The notes beneath the pieces are model-generated. The model made no database searches. It was not told where the DNA came from and saw only the letters and a list, made by a program, of their open reading frames with translations. A program made the translations under genes and the position numbers. A DNA stretch of 64,000 bases from a virus (lineage: Duplodnaviria; Caudoviricetes), in IMG/VR virus record IMGVR_UViG_3300028591_000180, positions 10,505 to 74,504 of that record. One strand, written 5' to 3'. Below are positions 1 through 9,865 of the stretch, in pieces. Every line of letters begins with the position of its first letter. Positions within the stretch are counted from its first letter, which is position 1.

Positions 1-99
1 TGATGACTTCAACAAAAACGATGTCAAAAGAATTTATTATAAGGACATGCCACCATATAATACAACTCAAGCTTTGTTAGAAGATTGGGAGAGAGAAAG

Positions 100-210
100 A
101 TGTTAGACTTGATCGCACAAGGAATAGTCATAGTTCTTGCATTAATATGGGCGGTAATTGCAGTAACAGGAATATTAGAAATATTAGATATGTGGGAGAA
201 AAGAAAATGA
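100..210 (+). CDS. small hydrophobic membrane peptide (36 aa)
   Basis: ATG 100, MLDLIAQGIVIVLALIWAVIAVTGILEILDMWEKRK. Ends at a TGA overlapping the next ATG (ATGA). Below the ORF-track cutoff. Confidence 0.5.
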   Translation: MLDLIAQGIVIVLALIWAVIAVTGILEILDMWEKRK

Positions 211-536
211 GATTGATTAATGCGGATAAATTGAGGAAAGATGTGCTTGACCTGCCGAATTGTTACAACGGGTTTAGCGATACTTATGACAAGGCACTGA
301 TTTTAGACCTTGTTGATGAACAACAGACAGTAGATAGCAAGCCATACGTATCGTTTGAACAGTATGCTGAAGAACGTGATTTTGTCGAGGTAGTACGATG
401 CAAGGACTGCAAGTGGTGGAAGACAAATTATGTATGGGACGGGAATGAGCGTAAGATTTGTGCGAGAGAAGCATATGAACCATTTAGAAAAGCCGAAGAT
501 TTCTGTTCAAGAGGAGAAAGAAAATGCAGAGATTGA
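207..536 (+). CDS. MRLIxAD-family phage hypothetical protein with C-terminal CxxC/C motifs
   Basis: Likely start ATG 207 after GGAGAA (track start 147 is upstream). MRLINADKL...RCKDCKWW...DFCSRGE is a pattern common in Firmicutes phage early cassettes. Confidence 0.7.
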   Translation: MRLINADKLRKDVLDLPNCYNGFSDTYDKALILDLVDEQQTVDSKPYVSFEQYAEERDFVEVVRCKDCKWWKTNYVWDGNERKICAREAYEPFRKAEDFCSRGERKCRD

Positions 537-784
537 TTGACTTAGATAAAATGATGACAATTTATGATGAAGATAACAATGCTGTTATTTTTGGCAACTT
601 AGAAGCCGCAGAAGTTAAAGCAATCCCAGTTGAATGGCTGATGAAAAAAGCAGATGAGTATGCATCTATGGAAGTCACAAAAAATGGTGAACCATATATG
701 TTCACAATGCAAGAAGTAGCGGGGATGATAATTTTATTATCAAGGGAATGGAGAAAAGAAAATGAGGCCAAAGCTAAGCATTAA
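524..784 (+). CDS. MRLI-type hypothetical protein
   Basis: RLIDLD...KAIPVEWL...EWRKENE; paralogous to 1643 and 2202. Confidence 0.65.
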   Translation: MQRLIDLDKMMTIYDEDNNAVIFGNLEAAEVKAIPVEWLMKKADEYASMEVTKNGEPYMFTMQEVAGMIILLSREWRKENEAKAKH

Positions 785-992
785 AGTAATTGATAGTGAT
801 ACTGGTATCGAGCTAGATAAAGTAGATAAATTGATTGAACCAACAAAATTTAATTATGGGTTTATTGGTGATATGATGTATAGAACGTATAGATGGGATT
901 TTGCGTATACAATAACAGATGATTACGCTTTACAATTAGAAGAAAAGATGGAAAAAGAAAAGATAGAGAGAGAAAATGAGACTGATTCTTAA
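762..992 (+). CDS. hypothetical protein
   Basis: ORF track; SD-like GGAGAAAAG upstream; overlaps neighbours. Confidence 0.55.
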   Translation: MRPKLSIKVIDSDTGIELDKVDKLIEPTKFNYGFIGDMMYRTYRWDFAYTITDDYALQLEEKMEKEKIERENETDS

Positions 993-1111
993 ACTGATTA
1001 AGAAAATCAAGCACAAAAGGTTCTGCAAGTTAAATGGGTATAAATGCCCAGACTGTATATATCATGAATGGAAATGGGAAGGTACAACATTTAGAGGAAA
1101 TAGGTGTAGAT

Positions 1112-1477
1112 ATGGAAGTTAATGAATTACTAGAAAAAGGTTATAAAGAATATTCTCCAAATGCAGAATTTGAAGTAGGAGTTAATAGAGTATTTCAGAA
1201 GAGATTCGATGATGACTTTGGTAAAAGGTATTTTATTACTGTACGCACTTTTAAACCTTGGACACACCCATATACCCACGAAGAATTTACTTCAGAACCA
1301 GAATTTGATATTCAGTTATATTCTAGTGATGGACATAAACCTTTAAACTTAAAGTTCTTCTCTGGCTGGTCTATCGATGAAGTAGAAAATTATGTATTAA
1401 AGATCTTTAATTTACACGATTTAGAAGGAAAGCATGCCCGAATGTTTGATTGGTATGAAACTTGGGAGGAAAGATAA
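1112..1477 (+). CDS. hypothetical protein
   Basis: ORF track 1034-1477; more likely start ATG 1112 (MEVNELL). Confidence 0.6.
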   Translation: MEVNELLEKGYKEYSPNAEFEVGVNRVFQKRFDDDFGKRYFITVRTFKPWTHPYTHEEFTSEPEFDIQLYSSDGHKPLNLKFFSGWSIDEVENYVLKIFNLHDLEGKHARMFDWYETWEER

Positions 1478-1665
1478 TGAGATGCGATAAATGTGGAAGA
1501 AGATTTGAAGATGATTGGACACCTCAAGATAACTGGCCAAAATATGATATCGTTCAAAAATGTGGTGTTAATAGTCATATTAGTAAGATATATCTTTGTG
1601 ATGAATGCAGCAAAAAATTAAGAGAATGGTTGGAGAAAGAAAATGAGACTAATAGATGCAGATAA
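1477..1665 (+). CDS. small Zn-finger-like protein (CDKC...LCDEC)
   Basis: TAATG coupling at 1475-1479; two CxxC motifs. Confidence 0.6.
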   Translation: MRCDKCGRRFEDDWTPQDNWPKYDIVQKCGVNSHISKIYLCDECSKKLREWLEKENETNRCR

Positions 1666-1987
1666 GTTAATAACTGAAATTCTTACAATCGATTTAATTG
1701 ACGATGATAAGCCAATTGACAAAGGTATATTAAACGCACCAACAGTAGAAGCAATTCCAATTGATTATATGTTAACAAAAGCACAAGAGTGGCTTATCGA
1801 TCGTTCTATTACAGGAAGTGAAATGAAGTTTCTTAGAGATCTTATTAAAGAGTGGAAAGCAGATGAGACTAAGTATCTTGACTATAAAAATAGCCTGGAT
1901 AATTGGGAGAATGAAAATGGTCCCATTAAGGAGCCATCAATCGTTCCTTATGAGATTCAAGAATTAGATCCCTTTAAGGAGAGATAA
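1643..1987 (+). CDS. MRLIDAD-family hypothetical protein
   Basis: MRLIDADKL...NAPTVEAIP. Confidence 0.7.
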   Translation: MRLIDADKLITEILTIDLIDDDKPIDKGILNAPTVEAIPIDYMLTKAQEWLIDRSITGSEMKFLRDLIKEWKADETKYLDYKNSLDNWENENGPIKEPSIVPYEIQELDPFKER

Positions 1988-1990
1988 GTA

Positions 1991-2215
1991 ATGGATAATT
2001 ATAGACAGTTCTCAAACATTGACTCACACTATTATACTAAATACGACCAGACAGATGCTAAAGACTACTCTGATTATGGCATTCCGCTTCATATTTCACA
2101 AAATGAACCCATAGTAATTACATCAGATGCTGTTTTCATTAAGCCTTTAAAGTTAGTTGTATTGACAGAAGATGTTTATAATAAACTGAAGGAGAAAGAA
2201 AATGAGACTAATTAA
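1991..2215 (+). CDS. hypothetical protein
   Basis: ORF track; tightly packed in the cassette array. Confidence 0.55.
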   Translation: MDNYRQFSNIDSHYYTKYDQTDAKDYSDYGIPLHISQNEPIVITSDAVFIKPLKLVVLTEDVYNKLKEKENETN

Positions 2216-2432
2216 TGTTGATAATTTACATCTTAATTTATGGGTACCTTCAAAGAATAATGAGATTGTAAAAGCGTTTGAAAATAGTGTTATTGATGCT
2301 TTAAATAGACAGCTGACAGTAGAAGCAATACCAATTGAGTGGATTAGGAATTGGGAAGAAAAAAACTGGGAGTTAGAGTGTAATTACGGTATTGATGAAA
2401 TGATTGAAGATTGGAGGGAAGAAAATGAATAG
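2202..2432 (+). CDS. MRLI-type hypothetical protein
   Basis: MRLINVD...TVEAIPIEWI...EDWREENE. Confidence 0.65.
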   Translation: MRLINVDNLHLNLWVPSKNNEIVKAFENSVIDALNRQLTVEAIPIEWIRNWEEKNWELECNYGIDEMIEDWREENE

Positions 2433-2931
2433 AATGTATTTTAGTAAAGAAGATGTTGAAGCCGGTTTAATGACTAAGCTTATCAATTATTTATGTCAGT
2501 ACTCTTATCAGAGTGGCCCTAAAGATTTTGCCCATTATAATGATATTCATATTATGCCTGATGATTGTGAAGCTTTCGTAGTTGAATGGGAGCAGGCACC
2601 TTGGTCACATAACTATGGTGGGCACTTTGAATTTGTAGATGAAGATCAGGTGGTATGTAATGAGGTAGAGTTCCCGGATAAACATTTTGAATATACTCCT
2701 GAAAATCCTAATGAAGCCATTAAAGAATGGCTTGCTGACAATCCAGGTTGGTACAAAGATGAGTGTGGACAATGGCAGTATAGCGATCAAATTGATGACT
2801 TCCTTAAGGATATTTTTGGTCCGCAGTTTAGTCCACAGAAACCTGAAAACAAATTAAACCAATGGCTTGATGAAAATGATGATTGGCATGAAGATTCTGA
2901 AGGGAATTGGGTAAATAAAAATGAGGTATAA
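2425..2931 (+). CDS. acidic hypothetical protein
   Basis: Likely start ATG 2425. Internal repeat (EWLADNPGW / QWLDENDDW). Confidence 0.65.
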   Translation: MNRMYFSKEDVEAGLMTKLINYLCQYSYQSGPKDFAHYNDIHIMPDDCEAFVVEWEQAPWSHNYGGHFEFVDEDQVVCNEVEFPDKHFEYTPENPNEAIKEWLADNPGWYKDECGQWQYSDQIDDFLKDIFGPQFSPQKPENKLNQWLDENDDWHEDSEGNWVNKNEV

Positions 2932-2933
2932 AT

Positions 2934-3227
2934 TTGAAGATGATTGATATTGTAACAGTAGGAAAGAAAGAGTATTATATTAAGAAGGCTTATCCTAATG
3001 GAGATCTGAAGCTTTCACCAGTTAACAGAATAGACGATTTAAGAAGTGAGCTAAAAGATTATACCAGTGAAGAATTAATGTGGGCAGCTGTACAACAGGC
3101 GAAAGAAACGGGATCAGCTACTAAATTTAGAGAAGAGATCCCTGAAGATGAAGATAAATTCAAAGATGTAATTATTGGTAAGCCAATGAATTTTTTTACT
3201 GGGGAAGTTGAAGAAGATGATGATTAA
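2934..3227 (+). CDS. hypothetical protein
   Basis: ORF track; GAGGT upstream. Confidence 0.55.
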   Translation: MKMIDIVTVGKKEYYIKKAYPNGDLKLSPVNRIDDLRSELKDYTSEELMWAAVQQAKETGSATKFREEIPEDEDKFKDVIIGKPMNFFTGEVEEDDD

Positions 3228-3696
3228 GGGTTTAACTGATGAAGATTTCTTACAGTACAAAAAGCCAGCAATGTTTATTATTTCTCCTTATTGTACTTTT
3301 AAATGTGACAAAGAGAATGGATCTCAGTACTGCCAAAACTGGTCATTATCCAAAGTAAAAATATCTAATGTCTCTAATGATCATATTATTAAAAGATATT
3401 TGAATGATGATATAACAAAAGCTATTGTCTTTGGCGGCCTTGAACCAATGGATAGTTTTGAAGAAGTCTTTTCTTTTATTGATAGCTTACGAAATAAGTA
3501 TGAATGCAATGATGATGTGGTTATCTATACCGGGTATACAGAGGAAGAAATAGCAGACAAGATTAACTATCTTAAAAATTTTAAAAATATCATAGTTAAG
3601 TTTGGGAGATATAGGCCTAACCAGCAACCGCATTACGATGAAGTACTGGGTGTTCCATTAGCCTCAGATAATCAGCATGCTGTGAAGATTAGTTAA
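3208..3696 (+). CDS. nrdG: anaerobic ribonucleotide reductase activating protein (NrdG-like, radical SAM)
   Basis: PYCTFKC...CQN Cys cluster, GGLEP, VIYTGY, KFGRY; resembles phage-type NrdG. Confidence 0.8.
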   Translation: MKKMMIKGLTDEDFLQYKKPAMFIISPYCTFKCDKENGSQYCQNWSLSKVKISNVSNDHIIKRYLNDDITKAIVFGGLEPMDSFEEVFSFIDSLRNKYECNDDVVIYTGYTEEEIADKINYLKNFKNIIVKFGRYRPNQQPHYDEVLGVPLASDNQHAVKIS

Positions 3697-3697
3697 G

Positions 3698-3746
3698 TTT
3701 ACAGCTAAAGGCCTATCTTATATAATTATATTGTAAATAAAGGAGG
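3698..3746 (+). promoter_or_regulatory. sigma70-like promoter plus SD
   Basis: TTTACA (3698)-17 bp-TATAAT (3721) followed by TATATTGTAAATAAAGGAGG. Confidence 0.65.
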
Positions 3747-3753
3747 CCCGTAT

Positions 3754-3927
3754 ATGAAACTTAAACCCTGGGTAGAAAAGACTTTAACTGTTATTAATAT
3801 TATTATTGGAATATTTTTAATTTCAATTGATGATTTTTCATTATCTTGGGAAGCCTTAATTTTCTTGGCTGTTTCTATTGGTATTTTCTACTTTAATGGA
3901 AAGGTGTTATTAGAATATGGAAAATAG
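3754..3927 (+). CDS. small membrane protein (57 aa)
   Basis: AAGGAGG SD, two hydrophobic stretches, TAG stop. Confidence 0.55.
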   Translation: MKLKPWVEKTLTVINIIIGIFLISIDDFSLSWEALIFLAVSIGIFYFNGKVLLEYGK

Positions 3928-4084
3928 AATGATTCCTGTTTCCTACATTGAAAAAATCATTACCATTTTGGAGAAATACCAAGAAGATGGACTTCCTTCA
4001 GAAGATGTAATGCCACAAATACGTTGCCTTAAGAGTTTGATTCGTGAGTGGGAACTTGACTGTGAAAGCTATAAGGAAAATTAA
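3917..4084 (+). CDS. hypothetical protein (55 aa)
   Basis: MENRMIPVSYIE...LIREWE; resembles the AIP..W cassette C-termini. Confidence 0.5.
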   Translation: MENRMIPVSYIEKIITILEKYQEDGLPSEDVMPQIRCLKSLIREWELDCESYKEN

Positions 4085-4114
4085 AAAGAATAAGTTAGTG
4101 AAGAGGTTTAGTTA

Positions 4115-4378
4115 GTGAGTACTATGCATTTTATCCAAGATTATTCTAGGTCTAAATTTATTAATTGTGACCAGATTGTTTCTATTCGGAAAATAAACAT
4201 GAAGTCTAATACTGGGTATGAAGATCAGTGGTTCGTTAAAGATATTTCAGGTGATATAACTAGAATTTCTGTTTATTCACTAAAGAAATTACTTGATTGG
4301 CCAGCTGGATATGTTTTCTGGTCTTCTGAGGAAGATAAGGAGCGTGGACTAGATGGAATTGAAATTCCTGAATTCTAA
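4115..4378 (+). CDS. hypothetical protein
   Basis: ORF track; GAGG upstream. Confidence 0.55.
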   Translation: MSTMHFIQDYSRSKFINCDQIVSIRKINMKSNTGYEDQWFVKDISGDITRISVYSLKKLLDWPAGYVFWSSEEDKERGLDGIEIPEF

Positions 4379-4556
4379 TGGTGAAGAAAAGTTGTTAGGA
4401 TCATTTAATTCAAAAGAAGAATGTCTACAAGCTGTTAATAAATTTTTAGAAGATCATAACTATAAATCTTATTATACTAGATCATGGATACAAGATGGAG
4501 TTACCTGGCTGGATGTAGGATCATGGTCTGAATTTTTTCTAATTTATCCAGATTAG
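4353..4556 (+). CDS. conserved Firmicutes-phage hypothetical protein
   Basis: KFL.DHNYKSYYTRSW...LDVGSWSEFF pattern. Confidence 0.65.
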   Translation: MELKFLNSNGEEKLLGSFNSKEECLQAVNKFLEDHNYKSYYTRSWIQDGVTWLDVGSWSEFFLIYPD

Positions 4557-4569
4557 ATGGGAGGTAATT

Positions 4570-5064
4570 ATGGGATTAGATTTTAGTATTTATGCAAAGA
4601 ACCATGAAGGTGAAGATCTTGAATTAGCCTATGGACGTAAGAGTTGGGAATTAGTTTATGAATTAGTTGGTGATGACTATGGCGGATACCTAGACGACAG
4701 TAAAACAGAATGGCGATGGCCTCTGATTACAATTGAAGACTGGGATAGATTAATGGAAAAGCTTAATAAGATTGGCCCTAAGCTTGATGAGATCCATGAG
4801 GCCTATCATGGGTTAAATATTTGGCCAGATAACTGGGTAGATGACAATGGAGATATGACTCCTAAAATGAGAGAGCTCTTCGGTAAATATTGTGACCTTT
4901 GCTTTGAATATGAAATGTGGTATAATCAGAATTTCGACACTGCTCCTACATTGGGGTATGATTTCTCAGTCTTTTATATGAAAACCTTCTATGAAGCTGA
5001 CAAAGAAGTTAGAAAATATCTAAATGACCCCAATTGGGAAGTATATGCTGTAGTAAGCTATTAG
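4570..5064 (+). CDS. hypothetical protein (MGLD-start family)
   Basis: GGAGGT SD; MGLD...VSY. Confidence 0.65.
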   Translation: MGLDFSIYAKNHEGEDLELAYGRKSWELVYELVGDDYGGYLDDSKTEWRWPLITIEDWDRLMEKLNKIGPKLDEIHEAYHGLNIWPDNWVDDNGDMTPKMRELFGKYCDLCFEYEMWYNQNFDTAPTLGYDFSVFYMKTFYEADKEVRKYLNDPNWEVYAVVSY

Positions 5065-5075
5065 GAGGAAGAAAT

Positions 5076-5372
5076 ATGTACATTGAGTATTTAGGCAGAG
5101 AACTTTATGATAAGATAAATAAATTGATTAGTAAGGCATTTTACAAGGTATATACTAAAAGTGATAATAATTGGTTTGACATTGATGCAATTAGAATTGA
5201 TTATAGCACTGTCGAATCAGATACTGATTTACCCTTTGTTGAAGTAGATGTCAAGTGTGGAACGACCTTCGATGGAGATTATAAGGTCACTCTCGAGTTT
5301 GCTCTTGAAGAAACTGACGACTTCAATGTTGGTAGATTTTATTCAACATTTGTAAATTATGAAGCTGAGTAA
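5076..5372 (+). CDS. hypothetical protein
   Basis: AGGAGG SD before ATG 5076 (track start 5034). Confidence 0.6.
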   Translation: MYIEYLGRELYDKINKLISKAFYKVYTKSDNNWFDIDAIRIDYSTVESDTDLPFVEVDVKCGTTFDGDYKVTLEFALEETDDFNVGRFYSTFVNYEAE

Positions 5373-5482
5373 AGAAGAAGCTTATAAGCGCTATTTAGAT
5401 AGTGGATTTGAGAATATAATGCCATTCAAATCAAGGTTTGAATTTGATTATATAAAATTATTAAAAGAAGAAGGTATCATCA

Positions 5483-5743
5483 TTGAAGAAGAGAGTAGTA
5501 TACACGACACTGATAAAAAATAATCCTTGGTACGAATTTGACTCTGAATGGGCTACATATAAAGGTGTTTCTAGGGATGAGATTAAGAGACTGGGAGAAG
5601 CTTGCCTTGATTGCTGGGTAGCAGAGATGGCTGATAGTTATATGATTACATCAAGTGAGCAAAGAGCAGCAAAGCATAGGGTTAAAGATCTTTTAGATAA
5701 GTATAATTTAGAAATAATTGGCTCAGAAATTGTTGAAAAGTAA
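5483..5743 (+). CDS. hypothetical protein
   Basis: ORF track; TTG start after GAAGGT. Confidence 0.5.
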   Translation: MKKRVVYTTLIKNNPWYEFDSEWATYKGVSRDEIKRLGEACLDCWVAEMADSYMITSSEQRAAKHRVKDLLDKYNLEIIGSEIVEK

Positions 5744-5773
5744 TTTACCTGTAAACTAATGATTAAACTGTTC

Positions 5774-5800
5774 AAGAAGTATTTTGGAATACTTCTTTTT
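5774..5800 (+). terminator. rho-independent terminator
   Basis: AAGAAGTATT-TTGG-AATACTTCTT followed by a T tract. Confidence 0.75.
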
Positions 5801-5853
5801 AGTTTATGCTAATATTATTTGTGATATAATTATAGTAGGCAGGAGGTAATAGT

Positions 5854-7767
5854 ATGGCCAAGAAGGATAAGACAAAATATACTGATGACAGTATTATAAC
5901 TTTAAATCCAAGAGATTTTACTCGGTTAAGACCTTCAACTTATTTAGGTTCAAATGAATATAGTACTCAGTTAGTTAGAGAAGTATTCAGTAACTCCTTA
6001 GATGAAGTATTAATTGGTCATGGAAATCAGATTGATGTTAGTATTAATACTCAAGCAAATATTTACCGAATTGATGACTATGGACAGGGTTTTCCAATTA
6101 ATGTAGTAAAGGGTGACCGTACTGTTTTACAGGCTGCTTTTGATACCATAAATACTAGTGGTAAGTATACTGACGATGGTGTATATGGTGGAGTATCACT
6201 TGGAACAAATGGAATTGGTTCTAAGCTTACTAACTTCTTATCTAAGTGGTTAGAAGTAGTTTCTTACAATGAAAAGGGTGAATTTGAACACATCAGATTT
6301 GAAGATGGTATCTTTAAATGGAGACAGACTGGCAAGGCTGACAGAGGCTCAGGTACTATTGTTACCTGGGAACCAGACCCTCAGTTTTTTCAGAATTCAT
6401 CGGCTAACTTATCTGATCTAAAGAAACTATTCAATGACATTTCAGGTTTATGTCCTGGAGTCAGTATAGTTTTAAGTGTTGATGATAAAGCTGAAACATT
6501 CTTATCACAAAATGGATTGAACGACTTGCTTAACTCTAAGGTAAAGGGTAAAGAGTTATTACAGAATAGATTTGTGTGCAGGAAAGAAGAAAACAACCAA
6601 TTATTTGATATAGCTTTAACTTATACAAGTGATTATTCAGATAGTATTGCTGCTTACGTTAACTATGGTTTAACTGAAAGCGGAATCCACATCAATACTC
6701 TGAAATCTTTATTCACTAAACTAATTAATAAGTATGCTACTGATAATGGTATTATAAAGAAAGAAGAAGATGAATTTTCTTCTTCTGAATTATCGGAAGG
6801 CTTTACCGCTATCTTTAATATCAAGACTACAAATGTAAGTTATGATAGCCAGACTAAGACAAGAGTAGTAGATCTGAATCGTAGCCTTCTTACTTCTACC
6901 CTGAGAAGTGAATTACCTGCTTGGTTATTAAATAATCCTAAGGATGCAAAGTTAATCATAGACAGAGCCCTAAATGCCAGGAAAGCAAGAGAAGCAGCTC
7001 AGAATGCTAAAGAAAGAATCAGGAATGCTACAACTAGAGGGAAGAAGTTTATCTCTTTACCTACTAAACTAGTCGATGCTTGGTCAAAAAAGAGAGCCGA
7101 TTGTGAACTTTTCATTACCGAGGGTGATAGTGCAGCTAATGGCTTAATAGCTAAAAGAAACGGTGAGACTCAGGCTGTATTCCCTATCAGAGGTAAGATT
7201 CTTTCTTGCCGCAAAGCTACAATGGATAAGGTATATGCTAACCAGGAAATATCTAATATTGTTAAGGCTCTAGGATTAGACATTGAAAAGTCTACTGGTA
7301 AATTAATCTATGAGGCAAAGAAACTAAGGTATGGAAAAATAATCTTCGCTTGTGATGGAGACCCAGATGGTCATGATATTAGATTACTTCTATTAAACGC
7401 CTTCTGGTGGTTATGCCCTGAGCTCGTAGAGAATGGCCATATCTGGGTAGCAATACCGCCTCTGTACCGTATTACTGACAAGAATAATAATTATATTTAC
7501 CTAACTGGTGATAAAGAATTAGAGGAGTATAAGAAGGATCACAAGACCGGGTATATTTTAAATAGGATGAAGGGATTGGGTGAGAGCTCACCCGATGAGT
7601 TAGCAGGTTATTTACTTAGACCGACAAGTAGAAATATCCACCAGATAGTATCACCTTCATTTAAAGAAACTGATGATTTGCTGGAATGCTTCATGGGATC
7701 TAAGGTTGAAACTAGGCGAGAATATTTATTAGATCATTATAGCGATGTGGAGGTAAGCGTTGAATAG
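5854..7767 (+). CDS. gyrB: type IIA DNA topoisomerase, ATPase/TOPRIM subunit (GyrB/ParE-like)
   Basis: GHKL motifs (EVFSNSLDE, DYGQGFP, GTNGIGSK) and TOPRIM motifs (EGDSA, PIRGK, DGDPDG, RMKGLGE). Gyrase versus topo IV not resolvable by eye. Confidence 0.92.
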   Translation: MAKKDKTKYTDDSIITLNPRDFTRLRPSTYLGSNEYSTQLVREVFSNSLDEVLIGHGNQIDVSINTQANIYRIDDYGQGFPINVVKGDRTVLQAAFDTINTSGKYTDDGVYGGVSLGTNGIGSKLTNFLSKWLEVVSYNEKGEFEHIRFEDGIFKWRQTGKADRGSGTIVTWEPDPQFFQNSSANLSDLKKLFNDISGLCPGVSIVLSVDDKAETFLSQNGLNDLLNSKVKGKELLQNRFVCRKEENNQLFDIALTYTSDYSDSIAAYVNYGLTESGIHINTLKSLFTKLINKYATDNGIIKKEEDEFSSSELSEGFTAIFNIKTTNVSYDSQTKTRVVDLNRSLLTSTLRSELPAWLLNNPKDAKLIIDRALNARKAREAAQNAKERIRNATTRGKKFISLPTKLVDAWSKKRADCELFITEGDSAANGLIAKRNGETQAVFPIRGKILSCRKATMDKVYANQEISNIVKALGLDIEKSTGKLIYEAKKLRYGKIIFACDGDPDGHDIRLLLLNAFWWLCPELVENGHIWVAIPPLYRITDKNNNYIYLTGDKELEEYKKDHKTGYILNRMKGLGESSPDELAGYLLRPTSRNIHQIVSPSFKETDDLLECFMGSKVETRREYLLDHYSDVEVSVE

Positions 7768-7817
7768 TTTACCTCTTTTCTTGAGGATGATATAATTATA
7801 GTGTGGAGGTAAATAAT

Positions 7818-9836
7818 ATGCCAATTAGTAGTTTAGATGAAATGCACAATGATTTCATGGTTTATGCAACTGAAGTAAATAACAACAGAGCTTTCCCTGA
7901 TGCTAGAGATGGACTCAAGCCAGGAATGAGAGCTGCTCTTTATACTATGTTTAGGAAAGGATTTACCTCTAATAAGCCTCACGTGAAGTCAGCTAAGATT
8001 AGTGGCGCAGTTATCGGTGAGCTGTGGCCACATGGGGATGCCTCAGTATATGAATCTATTGTTAGGATGTCACAAGACTGGGTTAATAATATTCCTGAAA
8101 TTGATTGGCATGGGGCCAATGGTTCATTATTAGGTGGACCTGAAGCTGCCTCATCAAGATATACTGAGTGTAGATTATCTACAGCTAGTGAAGATGGATT
8201 CTTCTCTAATATTAAAAAGAATACTGTTGATATGATACCTAACTTCTCAGAAGATGATGAATGGCCAGTAGTATTCCCAGCTATCTTCCCAAGATTATTC
8301 GTTAATGGATCACAGGGTATCGGCTATACAATTGCACAAGAGTGGGAACCGGGAAATTTAAATGAATTTGTTACTAAGGTAAAAGAGTATTTAAAAAATA
8401 AGACTATAACTTATTCTGGAATTTATCCTGATTATCCAACCGGTGGAGTTATTATTAATAAGAGTTCGATCGAAGATATTTATAGAACTGGCCGGGGTAC
8501 TATTATCCTTAGAGGTAAAGCTGAGATTGATGGCAATATCATTAAGATTACTTCTCTACCCTATCAAGTATATGTTGAGCCATTTATCACAGAAATTAAG
8601 GATTTAGTTAATTCAGGAAAGATTACTGGGATTGAAGATATTTGTAATAAATCAGGTGATCAAGGAATGTTAATTGAGATTGAGTGTGGTGATGATCCCA
8701 ATCTAGTTTTAGCTTCACTGTATAAGTTAACTGATCTGCAGGCTACGTTTTCAGCTAACCAGATGGCTCTAGTTAATGGAAAGCCTGAACTATTAAGCCT
8801 TGAAGACTACATTAGAGTTTATGTTAATCATAACTTAGAATGTATCAAAAGAGAATATCAGTTTGAAATCGAAAAAGCTAATTCTAGGCTTGAAATTGTA
8901 AATGGCTTAGTTAAAGCTCTAGTTATTATTGATGATATCATCAGGACTATCAAGGCAGCTAAAAGCTCAGAGGAAGCAAAGAATGATTTAGTAAAATTAG
9001 GTTTTACTAAGAATCAGGCTCAGGCAATCGTTGACATGAAGTTAGGCAAGTTAGCTCACTTAGAAGGAGTAGAGCTAAATAAGGAAAAGGCTGATCTTGA
9101 TAAAAAGGTAGCTACCTTTACTAAAATACTGTCTTCTCCTAAGCTGCAATCAAAAGAATTCCTGAAGAGATTAGATGATTTTACTTCTAAGTATGGATGG
9201 AACCGCAGAACAGAAGTGATAGATGTTGATATTAAAGAAGAGAAGAAAGCTACTAAGAAGGCTAAGGTTTCTACCGAACAGGTTATGGTTTGCCTTACTG
9301 ACCAGCATGAAATTAAGAAAATTTCTTTAGCTGAATATCGTCCACAAAAGGCTTTGAATAACCTGTGTTCTATTAAGGTTGGCTCTAAGGATAAATTTTT
9401 CTTAGTTTCTAATAAGGGTAAACTATACAAGTTACAAGCAAATAAGATCTCATTAAGTACAATGAAGTCATCAGGCACTTCAGTTGGTGAGCTCCTAGAA
9501 TTAGGTGAAAACGAAAGAATTCTGAAGATCTTCTCTGGATCTGAAGAAGAACCTTACCTGTTTATGATTACTGACAATGGTAATGTAAAGAAGATGGATT
9601 GCTCAGAAGTATTTGGAATTAAGAAATCTGGTACACCAATTATCAAATTACATGAAGAGAATCTATTCGATGTATATTTAGTTACAGATAATACAATTGT
9701 TACTGCTACTATTTCTAAACCAAAGACTTGTTCTATTAAGGTATCTGATTTCAAGTCTAAAGGAAAAAAGGCTGCAGGGGTTAGAGGATTTAAACTGAAG
9801 AAATATACCCTGATGTTTATATCTTTGCTAAATTAA
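7818..9836 (+). CDS. gyrA: type IIA DNA topoisomerase, breakage-reunion subunit (GyrA/ParC-like)
   Basis: RAFPDARDGLKP, PHGDASVY, catalytic SRYTE, degenerate C-terminal pinwheel blades. GGAGG SD before ATG 7818. Confidence 0.92.
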   Translation: MPISSLDEMHNDFMVYATEVNNNRAFPDARDGLKPGMRAALYTMFRKGFTSNKPHVKSAKISGAVIGELWPHGDASVYESIVRMSQDWVNNIPEIDWHGANGSLLGGPEAASSRYTECRLSTASEDGFFSNIKKNTVDMIPNFSEDDEWPVVFPAIFPRLFVNGSQGIGYTIAQEWEPGNLNEFVTKVKEYLKNKTITYSGIYPDYPTGGVIINKSSIEDIYRTGRGTIILRGKAEIDGNIIKITSLPYQVYVEPFITEIKDLVNSGKITGIEDICNKSGDQGMLIEIECGDDPNLVLASLYKLTDLQATFSANQMALVNGKPELLSLEDYIRVYVNHNLECIKREYQFEIEKANSRLEIVNGLVKALVIIDDIIRTIKAAKSSEEAKNDLVKLGFTKNQAQAIVDMKLGKLAHLEGVELNKEKADLDKKVATFTKILSSPKLQSKEFLKRLDDFTSKYGWNRRTEVIDVDIKEEKKATKKAKVSTEQVMVCLTDQHEIKKISLAEYRPQKALNNLCSIKVGSKDKFFLVSNKGKLYKLQANKISLSTMKSSGTSVGELLELGENERILKIFSGSEEEPYLFMITDNGNVKKMDCSEVFGIKKSGTPIIKLHEENLFDVYLVTDNTIVTATISKPKTCSIKVSDFKSKGKKAAGVRGFKLKKYTLMFISLLN

Positions 9837-9841
9837 ATATA
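9825..9841 (+). promoter_or_regulatory. putative phage late promoter motif TTGCTAAATTAAATATA
   Basis: Identical 17-mer also at 21028, 33518 and 54671, each just upstream of a gene start. Confidence 0.65.
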
Positions 9842-9865
9842 GTGGAATTATGAGGAGGCTAGTAT

